Part shown: in pieces, positions 28,302 to 37,338 of the stretch
How positions within the stretch are numbered: position 1 is the first letter of the stretch
How the letters are laid out: each line of letters begins with the position of its first letter
IMG/VR virus record: IMGVR_UViG_3300009181_000033
Location: 1-64,000 of that record
DNA: 64,000 nucleotides
Strand: one strand, 5' to 3'
Notes under the pieces: generated by a model
Told to the model about the DNA's origin: nothing
The model's input: only the letters and a program-made list of their open reading frames with translations
The model's database searches: none
Made by a program: the position numbers and the translations under genes

Positions 28302-31012
28302 GCTACGAGAAGATATACACTGACGTTGTAAAAGATGTTATAGGAAACGAACCTGTCATAGATCAATTCGATCTTTTTTACATAGACTCTTTCTATGGAA
28401 CCATGCAGGACGATTACGTCACCGGCACCATGGTCAAGGAAATAAAGGATCAAAATCAAGTAAGCAAAGGTACACGTGCTTTTGTGACTGGCACAAGGGG
28501 GAAAGCATTTAGTTCATACTACGCTGAATTGGAACAGGACGATTCACAAATAAATTACGTTTCCACGGATGCCGAGAGGTCAGGCACGAGAGGCCTGAGC
28601 AGACTTTCCCAAAGGCTCCGGAGACCCGAAACGCAATCTTCTTTTTCTTATAGACTTTTACAGTCATATGACGAGTCAGAGAGGTTTTTTGATAGCTGCC
28701 TCCCCTCATTTGCAAATGCACTAAAGGTTAACAAAGCGGTTCTTTGGACCTACACCGGTTCGATCAAAGGCGCCGACAACATTGAAACCACAACACCCCA
28801 GCATGACGTTGGTTTAATTTTTAGCCCATTTGGCAGCGTTGAAACCGGGTCGATTGGATATGTCACGTTCAACGACGTCCCAATTTTCAAAGAAAACAAC
28901 GATGGATTTGAGGAAGACCCATCGTGCGACAACGTCTGGACGTGGTCATACCCATATGAAAATAAATATTTTCCCGAAAATAGGTTCAAGGACTCAAAGG
29001 AAGCTTTGGGGATCAATAAATTGGATTACGCAATTAATGCCAATAAATCGGCAATAACAAAATTGCCAAACTCTTTGGGGATCAATAAATTCTTCCCAAT
29101 CCTGCCTGGCAAACCATGCAAATACATGCCCGATAAAGATTTTGCATATCCTGCAGAAGGGCCAATTGGTTTCGCAGGAGGGACCATGGGCGGTAGCACT
29201 AATTTATTAACAATAAATATTAATTCTGAAACAAATGAACTAAGCGATAAATTGAAAATTTCAATTTTTAGTCCCCTGGGTCCGCCTGGATATTCCAATC
29301 TCATCCCAGCCGATGTTGACTTTGAAACTAAAAAAATTACACGTGACTATCTGAAAGAGCTTCCATTTTCCGGAACGCTCAGCGACATTGACATAGAAAG
29401 ACTCCCTATTTCTGCTTCTTTGACAGGAACAATGTCAAATGATGACACCATAAAGTTTCTTTATGGATTTGGGGATCTAAACACAGTTTCATATGCCCAT
29501 TTTTCTCCCAAAGAAGATCAAATTATTTTTGATGGGAAATTGAATAACCACAATCACTTTTTTATGCCGAAATATAATTCCGGCGGGACTTCAGATGCTG
29601 CCAGGTGGAGAAAAAGCTTGCCATTGTCGTTGCAATACCCGATTGATCCATATGCAATATATAAACCAAAAGTTGTGCTAAATGACACATCAGCTGAAAT
29701 TGTTGATGGTTATGATTTTGGAAATGCCACAGACGGAGGAATAAGTGGCAGCTTGTGGTGGGGGATAAATAGTTCAAGCTATGAAATAGAGTACGATGAA
29801 ACGACAATGGGCACAGTGGGATACTACTATGTCTCGGAATCGTTTAATGACGATGGAAGCAGGAAAAATTACGTCAGATGGGTGGTGTCTAGCTCCATTG
29901 ACAACAATTTCTATTCCAGCACAGAAAAAAACCAAATAACATGGGGCTCTTCAACAGGCAGGAGCATAGTCACAAAATACGGAACAATAAGCGAAAAAAA
30001 CAAGCAATTTTTGGACAATTTGCCCATAAACAAATCATCAAAAATGTTTGTCAACATTAAATCAAGTGTTCCATGGACGTTTTCATACGACAGGGCGATA
30101 CATGCAGATCCCACAGATAGATTCTATAGCTATTGGGGCAATTACCCTGGTCATTCAGGTGCAAGGGATGACGTGATAATTGAACAAATTTATGGATCTC
30201 ACGCTTCAGGAACACAAGGCGGAACAACCCTCAGCCCATTCACCGGTTCGCTAACAACGCTTTACCCACCGGGATTCTACAACTTAGCCTTTGTTTACGA
30301 AAAAAACTCCTACGTTTCCGGCACAATCGATAGGGCATTCGTAAATAATTTGAGATTTTATAGACTAAAAAAAGAGGAAGAAGTCATGGGGAGCTTAAAC
30401 CCATATAGTCTCGAAACATTAACTCCCCTGGGCAGAGTCGGTGGAAATAATTATCCTGAGTTTAATGCTTATAAAATTGACTCGAGGCCCAACTTAATGA
30501 CAGGGACCATTGTTTCGAAAAATTATGCCACTACTGCTTCTGTTGGAATAGGAATAAGTGTTGGAGAAAAAACCGGGGAATACTATGGATCACATGTCTA
30601 TGGAATAGGGCCAGTCATAAGGGGCTGGAAATATGGCCTCTACAGCGGACTTCCAATGCACTCGAAGGGCGTATTTAGGAGGGATAAGTATGGGAATTTT
30701 AGGGACATGTTGGAACAGAGGCCATACACGAAATATGTTTTCGACGTCTCAGAAAATGACCCGTTCATTAATCCAGGTCGACCCAATTCCGGAATTGGCA
30801 AGGGAGATTCCGGGGAAAATACTAGGTTTTTAGGATCTGGCCCTGGACCTGTCGAGATTAGTTTTGTGAAGGCGAGACTAGAAGTCGACCCTAGGGGTGT
30901 CGGAAAAATAAGGTACGATAAGGTTGATCCACAGGAAACTAGCTCACAGAACCTGAGCACGTATTCCACTTCATCCCAACCTTATTTTGATGGTGAAACT
31001 AGATTTAGATAA
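28298..31012 (+). CDS. Tail-associated structural protein
   Basis: 904 aa ORF, coupled, last gene of the + strand block. Confidence 0.6.
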   Translation: MSYEKIYTDVVKDVIGNEPVIDQFDLFYIDSFYGTMQDDYVTGTMVKEIKDQNQVSKGTRAFVTGTRGKAFSSYYAELEQDDSQINYVSTDAERSGTRGLSRLSQRLRRPETQSSFSYRLLQSYDESERFFDSCLPSFANALKVNKAVLWTYTGSIKGADNIETTTPQHDVGLIFSPFGSVETGSIGYVTFNDVPIFKENNDGFEEDPSCDNVWTWSYPYENKYFPENRFKDSKEALGINKLDYAINANKSAITKLPNSLGINKFFPILPGKPCKYMPDKDFAYPAEGPIGFAGGTMGGSTNLLTININSETNELSDKLKISIFSPLGPPGYSNLIPADVDFETKKITRDYLKELPFSGTLSDIDIERLPISASLTGTMSNDDTIKFLYGFGDLNTVSYAHFSPKEDQIIFDGKLNNHNHFFMPKYNSGGTSDAARWRKSLPLSLQYPIDPYAIYKPKVVLNDTSAEIVDGYDFGNATDGGISGSLWWGINSSSYEIEYDETTMGTVGYYYVSESFNDDGSRKNYVRWVVSSSIDNNFYSSTEKNQITWGSSTGRSIVTKYGTISEKNKQFLDNLPINKSSKMFVNIKSSVPWTFSYDRAIHADPTDRFYSYWGNYPGHSGARDDVIIEQIYGSHASGTQGGTTLSPFTGSLTTLYPPGFYNLAFVYEKNSYVSGTIDRAFVNNLRFYRLKKEEEVMGSLNPYSLETLTPLGRVGGNNYPEFNAYKIDSRPNLMTGTIVSKNYATTASVGIGISVGEKTGEYYGSHVYGIGPVIRGWKYGLYSGLPMHSKGVFRRDKYGNFRDMLEQRPYTKYVFDVSENDPFINPGRPNSGIGKGDSGENTRFLGSGPGPVEISFVKARLEVDPRGVGKIRYDKVDPQETSSQNLSTYSTSSQPYFDGETRFR

Positions 31013-31023
31013 AGTCGGGTCGC

Positions 31024-31599
31024 TCAATTGAGGAGATTTGGGGAGGGAGGGAAGTTGTTTTCAAAATCCTTTTCTTCCTCGCTCATTTTTCTTTTTTCGA
31101 ACATCTCCTTTAAATCGAATTTGGCATCATAGTCACTTGTGATGAGTTGGGTTTTTATTGGGACGCCTCTCTTTTGACCCACTGACCCAGACATCCAATT
31201 GAAAATTTCTCCATTGACCCACCCTGAATAAATTTCCACGTATCCGGTCTTTTGGACGGCAGTCTGTATGGGTAATACTTTTGCGAATCTTATTTTGTCC
31301 AATTTTTCGTGCTGTATGCTTGCAAATTTTGCTGGATCGACTTCGTGCTCATCCGAGTAAATGTACTCGGAACCCATCCATTCCACTTCCATCATCTCTT
31401 GTGGCATCAGGGTTATTTTTCGATAATATTCCGCTGAGTCGAACTCTAAGATATCATCTTTTAAATAAAAGGCTGATTCCGCCGAATCAAATAGGGTAAA
31501 CGACCATTCTTTCTTGTTCCTTTTGAGGCTAACTCTTATTTTTTTCACGTCGATCTCTGTTGGCGATAATACAATAAATCTACGCGACCGAATCCGCAT
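31024..31599 (-). CDS. Hypothetical protein
   Basis: 191 aa ORF downstream of tilS. Confidence 0.55.
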   Translation of the reverse strand: MRIRSRRFIVLSPTEIDVKKIRVSLKRNKKEWSFTLFDSAESAFYLKDDILEFDSAEYYRKITLMPQEMMEVEWMGSEYIYSDEHEVDPAKFASIQHEKLDKIRFAKVLPIQTAVQKTGYVEIYSGWVNGEIFNWMSGSVGQKRGVPIKTQLITSDYDAKFDLKEMFEKRKMSEEEKDFENNFPPSPNLLN

Positions 31600-32185
31600 T
31601 CAAGTACATTTTTTTAATTACTTTTCGCAATCCAGGGTTGACCTTTAGAGCTTCTGGAACAATTTTATGCCTAATCAAATTTCTCATGTGGGCAACGTCA
31701 AGATTCGACTCGTCCTCTGACCATTCCAATTTATTCCTCTCGGCCCAGGATAAAAATTCTGATTTTGGAGTGATCAAAAATGGTCGAATTACGTTCTTGT
31801 TCTTGTAAGGAATGACCCTGGGAATTCCGTGAATGGAATTAAACAACCAAGTTTCTACTGCGTCATCGAGGTGGTGGCCTGTGATCACAGGTTTGTTAAA
31901 AGAAAACAAGAAAGAATACCTTTCTTTTCTCCAATATTCTTCGGCGGATTCGCCCCTGCCTTTGTCTCGCAAGACTTTTCCCACCCTACAATCCAACCCT
32001 CTAGCCAATGCAAAATTGCGAACAAAAATTTCGGCATCGTGTGATGTCTTGGTTCCATGATTGAAAAAAGCCAACGTGACATTCTTTTTTCCCCTCAAGA
32101 GAAAATCAACAATGGCAACCGAATCTACGCCTCCTGAAAAAGCAACCACACAATTGTGAGGAAGTTCCCCAATAAATCTAATCAC
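31580..32185 (-). CDS. tilS: tRNA(Ile)-lysidine synthetase, minimal N-terminal catalytic domain
   Basis: PP-loop AFSGGVDS, NHG, RKERY, GHHLDDAVET, IRPFL, DESN, RNLIRH. Confidence 0.85.
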   Translation of the reverse strand: MIRFIGELPHNCVVAFSGGVDSVAIVDFLLRGKKNVTLAFFNHGTKTSHDAEIFVRNFALARGLDCRVGKVLRDKGRGESAEEYWRKERYSFLFSFNKPVITGHHLDDAVETWLFNSIHGIPRVIPYKNKNVIRPFLITPKSEFLSWAERNKLEWSEDESNLDVAHMRNLIRHKIVPEALKVNPGLRKVIKKMYLNADSVA

Positions 32186-32216
32186 TGGTTACCCCTGGAT
32201 GCAATTGGAGAATTTG

Positions 32217-32298
32217 TCCTATCCGTGGGAGTTGCACCCACACGCCTTTTGGGCACCGCATTTTGAGTGCGGCATGTCTGCTGTTCCATCAGGATAGG
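32217..32298 (-). tRNA. tRNA-Leu(CAA)
   Basis: Acceptor CCTATCC/GGATAGG; anticodon arm CCGCA-CTCAAAA-TGCGG; long variable arm; T-arm GTGGG-TGCAACT-CCCAC; no encoded CCA. Confidence 0.9.
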
Positions 32299-32316
32299 TT
32301 GCTTGACCATTTTTAC

Positions 32317-32346
32317 AATATAACCAATGATCGCTTATTTTTTCAC
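32317..32346 (-). promoter_or_regulatory. Early/middle promoter candidate GTGAAA-N18-TATATT
   Basis: Ends 19 nt upstream of tRNA-Leu; matches four other GTGHAM-N18-TA sites. Confidence 0.55.
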
Positions 32347-32348
32347 CT

Positions 32349-32741
32349 CTAAATCAATTTAAGATTACCTGTGATTTCATCAATTCTCTCTGGATCATCC
32401 GGACCTATTGCGGCACACAAAATTTCTTCATCAAAATCATTTTTGTTTTTTGGAGAATTTGTCATTGAATATGATGACAATCCGGCCATTTCTGCCTTGA
32501 ACAATATGTTTTTAAGAGCCTCTTCTGAAGAGACCCCGAGAATAATTCTCATTGATTTACCTTGCATCCAGTCTGATTCCTGGGGTGTCAGGTTGACCTT
32601 AAGAGTGTCACCTCTTTCAGAAACATTATTGTCAACTAAAAATTCGCAGGATATTTTTGCTGCCATTGCGACCATGGCAGCCCTTTTTAACTTTAGATCT
32701 CTTCTGATAAGTATGACCTGTTTTGGATCGTTCACGGACAT
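32349..32741 (-). CDS. Pth2-family peptidyl-tRNA hydrolase homologue (possibly inactive)
   Basis: KQVILIRRDLKL N-terminus, IILGVSSEEAL, C-terminal AAIGP-x4-RIDEITGNLKL; GK-x2-AQ-x2-HA and DAG-x-T motifs not seen. Confidence 0.75.
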   Translation of the reverse strand: MSVNDPKQVILIRRDLKLKRAAMVAMAAKISCEFLVDNNVSERGDTLKVNLTPQESDWMQGKSMRIILGVSSEEALKNILFKAEMAGLSSYSMTNSPKNKNDFDEEILCAAIGPDDPERIDEITGNLKLI

Positions 32742-32770
32742 TCTCCCGTATCAGGATTCTATAACACATT

Positions 32771-33226
32771 TTATATTTGTTCCAAATCCAATCTCAAATG
32801 TTCCCTAATTTCCATCAATAATTTACCCAACCAGTTTTGACCGGAACCACGACAGACTCCCCAAAATTTATCATTCCAAGTATTTTCATTTATTAATTTG
32901 GCGCTACCGGTTTTTATCAGTTGGTCGGCCAAAAATGGACTTTCAAACTTTTGTTTCAAAAAATCTTTCATTAGGGTTATTTTGATTTCTTCCCAATCCT
33001 CCCTGAGCTGTAAACATCGACCGAGTTTTTTAGCCTCCTTGGGTCCGGGAGCTTTCCTTATTAACTCCCTTGCATTTTCATCCATCGTTTTTGAGGCCTG
33101 GTATGCGTGCTCAACAGTCGGATATGGCCTCTTGTCTATGTAAATTGTGCTAGGGTGATAATTTGACAAAAAACCATGCCCTGCTCCCAAAGTAAAACTT
33201 TTTATTTCATTATTTGATTGAGTCAT
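32771..33226 (-). CDS. NADAR/YbiA-family hydrolase
   Basis: FLSNY, YPTVEHAYQASK, EAKKLGR, DWEEIK, ENTWNDKFWG, GQNWLGKLLMEIR. Confidence 0.92.
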   Translation of the reverse strand: MTQSNNEIKSFTLGAGHGFLSNYHPSTIYIDKRPYPTVEHAYQASKTMDENARELIRKAPGPKEAKKLGRCLQLREDWEEIKITLMKDFLKQKFESPFLADQLIKTGSAKLINENTWNDKFWGVCRGSGQNWLGKLLMEIREHLRLDLEQI

Positions 33227-33230
33227 TTAG

Positions 33231-33255
33231 GGCCCCAAGGGGAATCGAACCCCTG
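33231..33255 (-). pseudogene. 3' fragment of a tRNA-Glu-like gene (T-arm plus acceptor 3' strand)
   Basis: CAGGGG-TTCGATT-CCCCT-TGGGGCC; no intact 5' half upstream. Confidence 0.6.
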
Positions 33256-33332
33256 AAATAAATATCTAAACTTAGATCTCTTTCCAAAGATGGAGCAACG
33301 GGCAAACATTAAATGCTTGCCAATCGATTATT

Positions 33333-33620
33333 TCACTTCTTGATGGTGGGCGTAACAACAGCTGTTGTTGTGGGTATTGTAGAAGAATTTGTGGTGGTCG
33401 CTGGAACAACGGCGGTCGAAGTTGGACATGGCACGACTGGCGATGTGGTCGCAGAAGAAGCCGAAGTTGTTGGTGCAGCAGTTGGTGCCACACCGACGTC
33501 AGCTGCAACAGCGGCACTGGTTACACCACCAGCACCACCGGCTGATGAATCAGTCGACTTTGAAGAACAACCCACTAAACCAAAAAGACTAGTCACAATA
33601 ACGACAGATAGTGTTTTCAT
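33333..33620 (-). CDS. Low-complexity Thr/Ala/Pro-rich lipoprotein
   Basis: Signal MKTLSVVIVTSLFG with lipobox LVGC; SD GGAG upstream. Confidence 0.75.
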   Translation of the reverse strand: MKTLSVVIVTSLFGLVGCSSKSTDSSAGGAGGVTSAAVAADVGVAPTAAPTTSASSATTSPVVPCPTSTAVVPATTTNSSTIPTTTAVVTPTIKK

Positions 33621-33735
33621 TTTTACTCCTGGTTCCTATTTTTGAACCTGCACATTATTTATTGCATTTCAATAACCGTGTATAAAATTGTTTTAATACA
33701 CGAATTGTTTGTAGGCAGATAAAAAATCATTTCGC

Positions 33736-33742
33736 ATACTTA
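33736..33742 (+). promoter_or_regulatory. Putative late promoter motif ATACTTA
   Basis: 8 nt upstream of the fibre ATG at 33751. Confidence 0.45.
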
Positions 33743-33750
33743 GAGTTAAA

Positions 33751-36700
33751 ATGGCTAGTAGAAAAGACGTTCAAAGGAATAAAAAAGTCTATCCTTTCTC
33801 AAGGGTAGCACCGAGATATGCTGCAGCTAGCGACACTGAAGAAGTGAACAAGCTGGATTGGAAGCGATCCGTTAGGCTGGCTTCAGCTGTTTTGGAAAAC
33901 ATTAGCGATCTCACGTTGATTCCCATGACAATAGATGGGATCACCTTGAACGCCGGTGATAGAGTGTTGCTTAAGTCACAAACAACGGCTTCCGAAAACG
34001 GAATCTATGTATACGGGCCTACAGGACTCACGAGAACAATAGACGCAGACGTCAATACATTGTCTTCCGGGGCAGCTTGTTTCGTCGAAACGGGAACCAC
34101 GAATTCCGCAACAATGTGGTATTTGGCCACAAATGACCCGATAACCGTCGGAACCACGCCGCTCTCGTGGATGAGATTCTTTCCAGACAGCTCTGGCGGC
34201 GGCGGGTCTTTTTGGTCTTCCACATATTTAAACGGTATTTTTACCACCGGTTCGGTTGCCATCAGGGGGACAGAGTCAATAATCTCAAAAGCATCAGACA
34301 AAGGATCGGATGTTTTCTTTTATGTTAGCGGCTCTGTAAATTCGAAGGACGTCAGCATTGGTACTTCCCTCTTCGGTGGAGATGTTTTTATAAGTGGTTC
34401 GACGTACGTCGACGCTGGTTTGTTGGAGGTGACTGGAACAATTTCACTAAGTGGATCTCTGCAGCATGGAATAAATGTGAGTGCGAATGGCGCAAATTCT
34501 CATGCTGGCGGCATCTCAACCACTGCATCCGGAAATGGATCGCACGCAGAAGGATACCTGACAATAGCATTGGGTTCTGGTGCACATGCAGAAGGTGCAC
34601 TTTGTTTGGCATCTGCTGATTATTCCCATGCCGAAGGTTCGAGAACCACGGGTTCATTTAACTATGCACATGCTGAAGGTGAATTAACAACTGCTTCTGG
34701 ATATGCTTCCCACACTGAAGGATATGCAACTACGGCTATAGGTACGGCGTCTCATGCACAAGGACTTTACACAATAGCATCTGGCAGCTATCAAGCTGTG
34801 GCCGGAAGATACAATGTCAGAAACAACACGTCATCCCTTCTTGTTGTGGGAAATGGAACGGGGGATTCAAATGCCCTAAGAAGCGATGTATTGAGAATAG
34901 AACAGGGATCTGCAGGAAATGGGAGAGTGGAAGTCACTGGTTCAATTTATGCAACGACTGGTTTCTCTGGTTCCTTAACAAAATTGACAGACGGAAGTTC
35001 TTATCTCATAGCCGGTTCTAATATTACACTCTCCACGGGATCTAATGGTGCGGTAACGATTGCATCTGCAGGCGCCAGCACACCTGGTTCTAATAATCAG
35101 GTTTTAACTTCTGATGGCACAGGTAACGCAGTAGCTGAGACTAATTTAACGTTTGATGGCACTCGATTATACGTGACAGGTGCCTTTACTCAGGGTAGTA
35201 ATACCTACGCATCCGGTCCTAATGCACATGCGCAAGGTAGCAGTACATTTGCAACAAATACGAACTCTCATGCTGAAGGACTTGGCTCCGTTGCATCAGG
35301 TTTTCAATCTCATGCTGAAGGTTACTACACAGTGGCGAGTAATTATCAAGCTCATACTGAAGGCTATGGAACGTTGGCTTCTGGGAATGCGTCTCATGCC
35401 GAAGGGTATCAAACGGCTGCTTCAGGAGATAATTCTCACGCAGAAGGTTTTAAAACGTTGGCTTCTGGGTATGCGTCTCATGCCGAAGGCTATGGAGCGT
35501 TGGCTTCTGGATATGTTTCTCACACAGAAGGTTTGTATACGACAGGATCTAACTCTTATTCTCACGCTGAAGGCATGAGGACGACAGCGTCAGGACAAGG
35601 CTCTCATTCCGAAGGATATTTAACAATAGCATTGGGTTCTGGTGCTCATGCAGAAGGCACCCTGAGTTTTGCTTCAGGAAATTACTCCCACGCCGAAGGT
35701 GCTAGAACAACAGGGTCTTTTGATTATGCGCATGCTGAAGGTGAATTAACAACTGCTTCTGGATATGCTTCACACGCAGAAGGATACTTCACAAGCGCAT
35801 CAAATTATTATTCACACGCCGAAGGATTTGGAACTCTAGCCGGATATGCAGCCCACTCTGAAGGTTATTTTACAACAGGCAGTGGAGGATGGTCTCATGC
35901 TGAAGGCAATGCAACAATAGCCTCTGGAAACTGGTCTCATGCTGAAGGCGACAGTACACTTTCGACTGGCAATTATTCACATTCTGAAGGAGAAGGAGGG
36001 ACAACAGCTTCAGGCACTAGTTCTCACGCTGAAGGTTATAACACTACAGCTTCAGGTCGTCGCTCTCACGCTGAAGGCGATAGCACTACGGCTTCGAATC
36101 TAGGGGCACATGCTGAAGGACTAAGTACGACTGCATTGGGTCAATACTCCCACGCGGAAGGTGGAACTACGATTGCATCTGGCTCTCGCTCCCATGCAGA
36201 AGGTGTCAACACTCTTGCACTAGGTGTTGGATCACACACTGAAGGTCGTTTTACGACAGGCAGTGCTGCTTATTCCCACGCTCAAGGATTGAGGACAGAA
36301 GCTAGCGGAACTTACTCTTTTGCGGGTGGATTGTGGACGATAGCCTCAGGCTCTGGACAAACTGTCTTCGGTCAGTATAATCAAAGAGGAAATGACTTCT
36401 CACTCTTTGTGATAGGTAATGGAACTGATGATGCTACAAGAAGCGACATTTTGAGAGTCACTCCGTCTCGGGTAGAGATAACCGGATCTCTGAGCACCAA
36501 TTCGCTTTATGCGAATTATGTGGGATCATCACTCGCAGACACGGATGGTGCTTCTTATCTCATTGTATCCGCTGATTATTGCATTGGATTTAATAACGTA
36601 AATTCATCAACAAACACCAACATTAATTACATAACCCTTCCAGATGCTAGCGTTTCTGCGATGATTGGTAGAATTGTTGTTGTTAAAATCACGGCGGCTG

Positions 36701-36876
36701 CAGCTTCATGTGCACTTAAGAAGGTGAGGTGTACAGGCTCTGGAACCATTGATGGATCAGCAGTTGCAACACTTCAAAAAGATGTAATGACTAGTGTAAC
36801 GTTCATGTGCATAGCAATAGGCACTTGGGCAATCATATCAACATACGGCGGAACCGTCACTCTCGGCGCGACATGA
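33751..36876 (+). CDS. Fibre protein with YadA-head-like 14-aa repeats
   Basis: N-terminal DWKRSVR..IDG..GDRVLLKSQ..ENGIY module; about 34 SHAEG-type repeats in two blocks; LLVVGNG necks. Confidence 0.85.
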   Translation: MASRKDVQRNKKVYPFSRVAPRYAAASDTEEVNKLDWKRSVRLASAVLENISDLTLIPMTIDGITLNAGDRVLLKSQTTASENGIYVYGPTGLTRTIDADVNTLSSGAACFVETGTTNSATMWYLATNDPITVGTTPLSWMRFFPDSSGGGGSFWSSTYLNGIFTTGSVAIRGTESIISKASDKGSDVFFYVSGSVNSKDVSIGTSLFGGDVFISGSTYVDAGLLEVTGTISLSGSLQHGINVSANGANSHAGGISTTASGNGSHAEGYLTIALGSGAHAEGALCLASADYSHAEGSRTTGSFNYAHAEGELTTASGYASHTEGYATTAIGTASHAQGLYTIASGSYQAVAGRYNVRNNTSSLLVVGNGTGDSNALRSDVLRIEQGSAGNGRVEVTGSIYATTGFSGSLTKLTDGSSYLIAGSNITLSTGSNGAVTIASAGASTPGSNNQVLTSDGTGNAVAETNLTFDGTRLYVTGAFTQGSNTYASGPNAHAQGSSTFATNTNSHAEGLGSVASGFQSHAEGYYTVASNYQAHTEGYGTLASGNASHAEGYQTAASGDNSHAEGFKTLASGYASHAEGYGALASGYVSHTEGLYTTGSNSYSHAEGMRTTASGQGSHSEGYLTIALGSGAHAEGTLSFASGNYSHAEGARTTGSFDYAHAEGELTTASGYASHAEGYFTSASNYYSHAEGFGTLAGYAAHSEGYFTTGSGGWSHAEGNATIASGNWSHAEGDSTLSTGNYSHSEGEGGTTASGTSSHAEGYNTTASGRRSHAEGDSTTASNLGAHAEGLSTTALGQYSHAEGGTTIASGSRSHAEGVNTLALGVGSHTEGRFTTGSAAYSHAQGLRTEASGTYSFAGGLWTIASGSGQTVFGQYNQRGNDFSLFVIGNGTDDATRSDILRVTPSRVEITGSLSTNSLYANYVGSSLADTDGASYLIVSADYCIGFNNVNSSTNTNINYITLPDASVSAMIGRIVVVKITAAAASCALKKVRCTGSGTIDGSAVATLQKDVMTSVTFMCIAIGTWAIISTYGGTVTLGAT
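35180..36370 (+). repeat. Tandem 42-bp (14-aa) repeat block, about 27 units
   Basis: Recurring (A/S)SG-x2-SHAEG-x2-T pattern in the translation. Confidence 0.9.
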
Positions 36877-36894
36877 TAAAACCCCACGTGTATT

Positions 36895-37338
36895 TTAGCT
36901 AACAAATTGTTGGCTTGTGCGGGTCCACGTCATGTCATCCTCCAGCAAATAACTTCCGAGGTATTTGTGTGGTGGCTTGCCCCATTCCTCAGGAGATAAC
37001 ATGGACAAGTAATTATCAGTGTCTAGTGGTCCACGATGATAAAGATGATACACGTGACCAGTCCTTTTGATGAAAGAACATGAAGCCATGTGAATCGTCA
37101 TGTTGTCCTTCGTAGATTCGATGATTTCCCTTGCTTCATTCTGAAGGTGTTCAATTTGCCTTAAAATCAATTTTAGCTTTGCTCTTGCCACCATGCCAAG
37201 TGTTTCCGCCGCCACTGCAATTGCTGTCGATTGATCGACAGGCGTGATTTGCGCAGACAATCGACTCAGGGGATACTCAGAATCTTTATTTTGAATTTGA
37301 ATCGACATGTCAACCTCCATTATTATTCCATTTTTCAA
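36895..37338 (-). CDS. DUF2452-like protein
   Basis: GHVYHLY..YLSMLSPEEWG-x-PPH-x-YLGSY-x-L-x2-DMTW. Confidence 0.7.
   Translation of the reverse strand: MKNGIIMEVDMSIQIQNKDSEYPLSRLSAQITPVDQSTAIAVAAETLGMVARAKLKLILRQIEHLQNEAREIIESTKDNMTIHMASCSFIKRTGHVYHLYHRGPLDTDNYLSMLSPEEWGKPPHKYLGSYLLEDDMTWTRTSQQFVS

Noticed and set aside
1154-30969. Numerous 60-120 aa minus-strand ORFs in the track overlapping the glycan and baseplate genes
   Set aside because: Antisense shadows of long, motif-bearing, tightly coupled + strand genes
33313-33645. 110-aa hydrophobic + strand ORF
   Set aside because: Antisense shadow of the lipoprotein gene, which has the lipobox and SD
33676-33702. CGTGTAT..ATACACG inverted repeat between divergent genes
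   Set aside because: Short and AT-rich, and neither GTGTAT has a -10 box at 17-18 bp; could be chance
35180-35578. Alternative-frame ORF with periodic LMLK/MRLM repeats
   Set aside because: By-product of the 42-bp fibre repeat in another frame
34549-35790. Diversity-generating retroelement TR/VR pair in the fibre gene
   Set aside because: Mismatches between the copies are not adenine-specific, both copies are in-frame coding, and no reverse transcriptase is present
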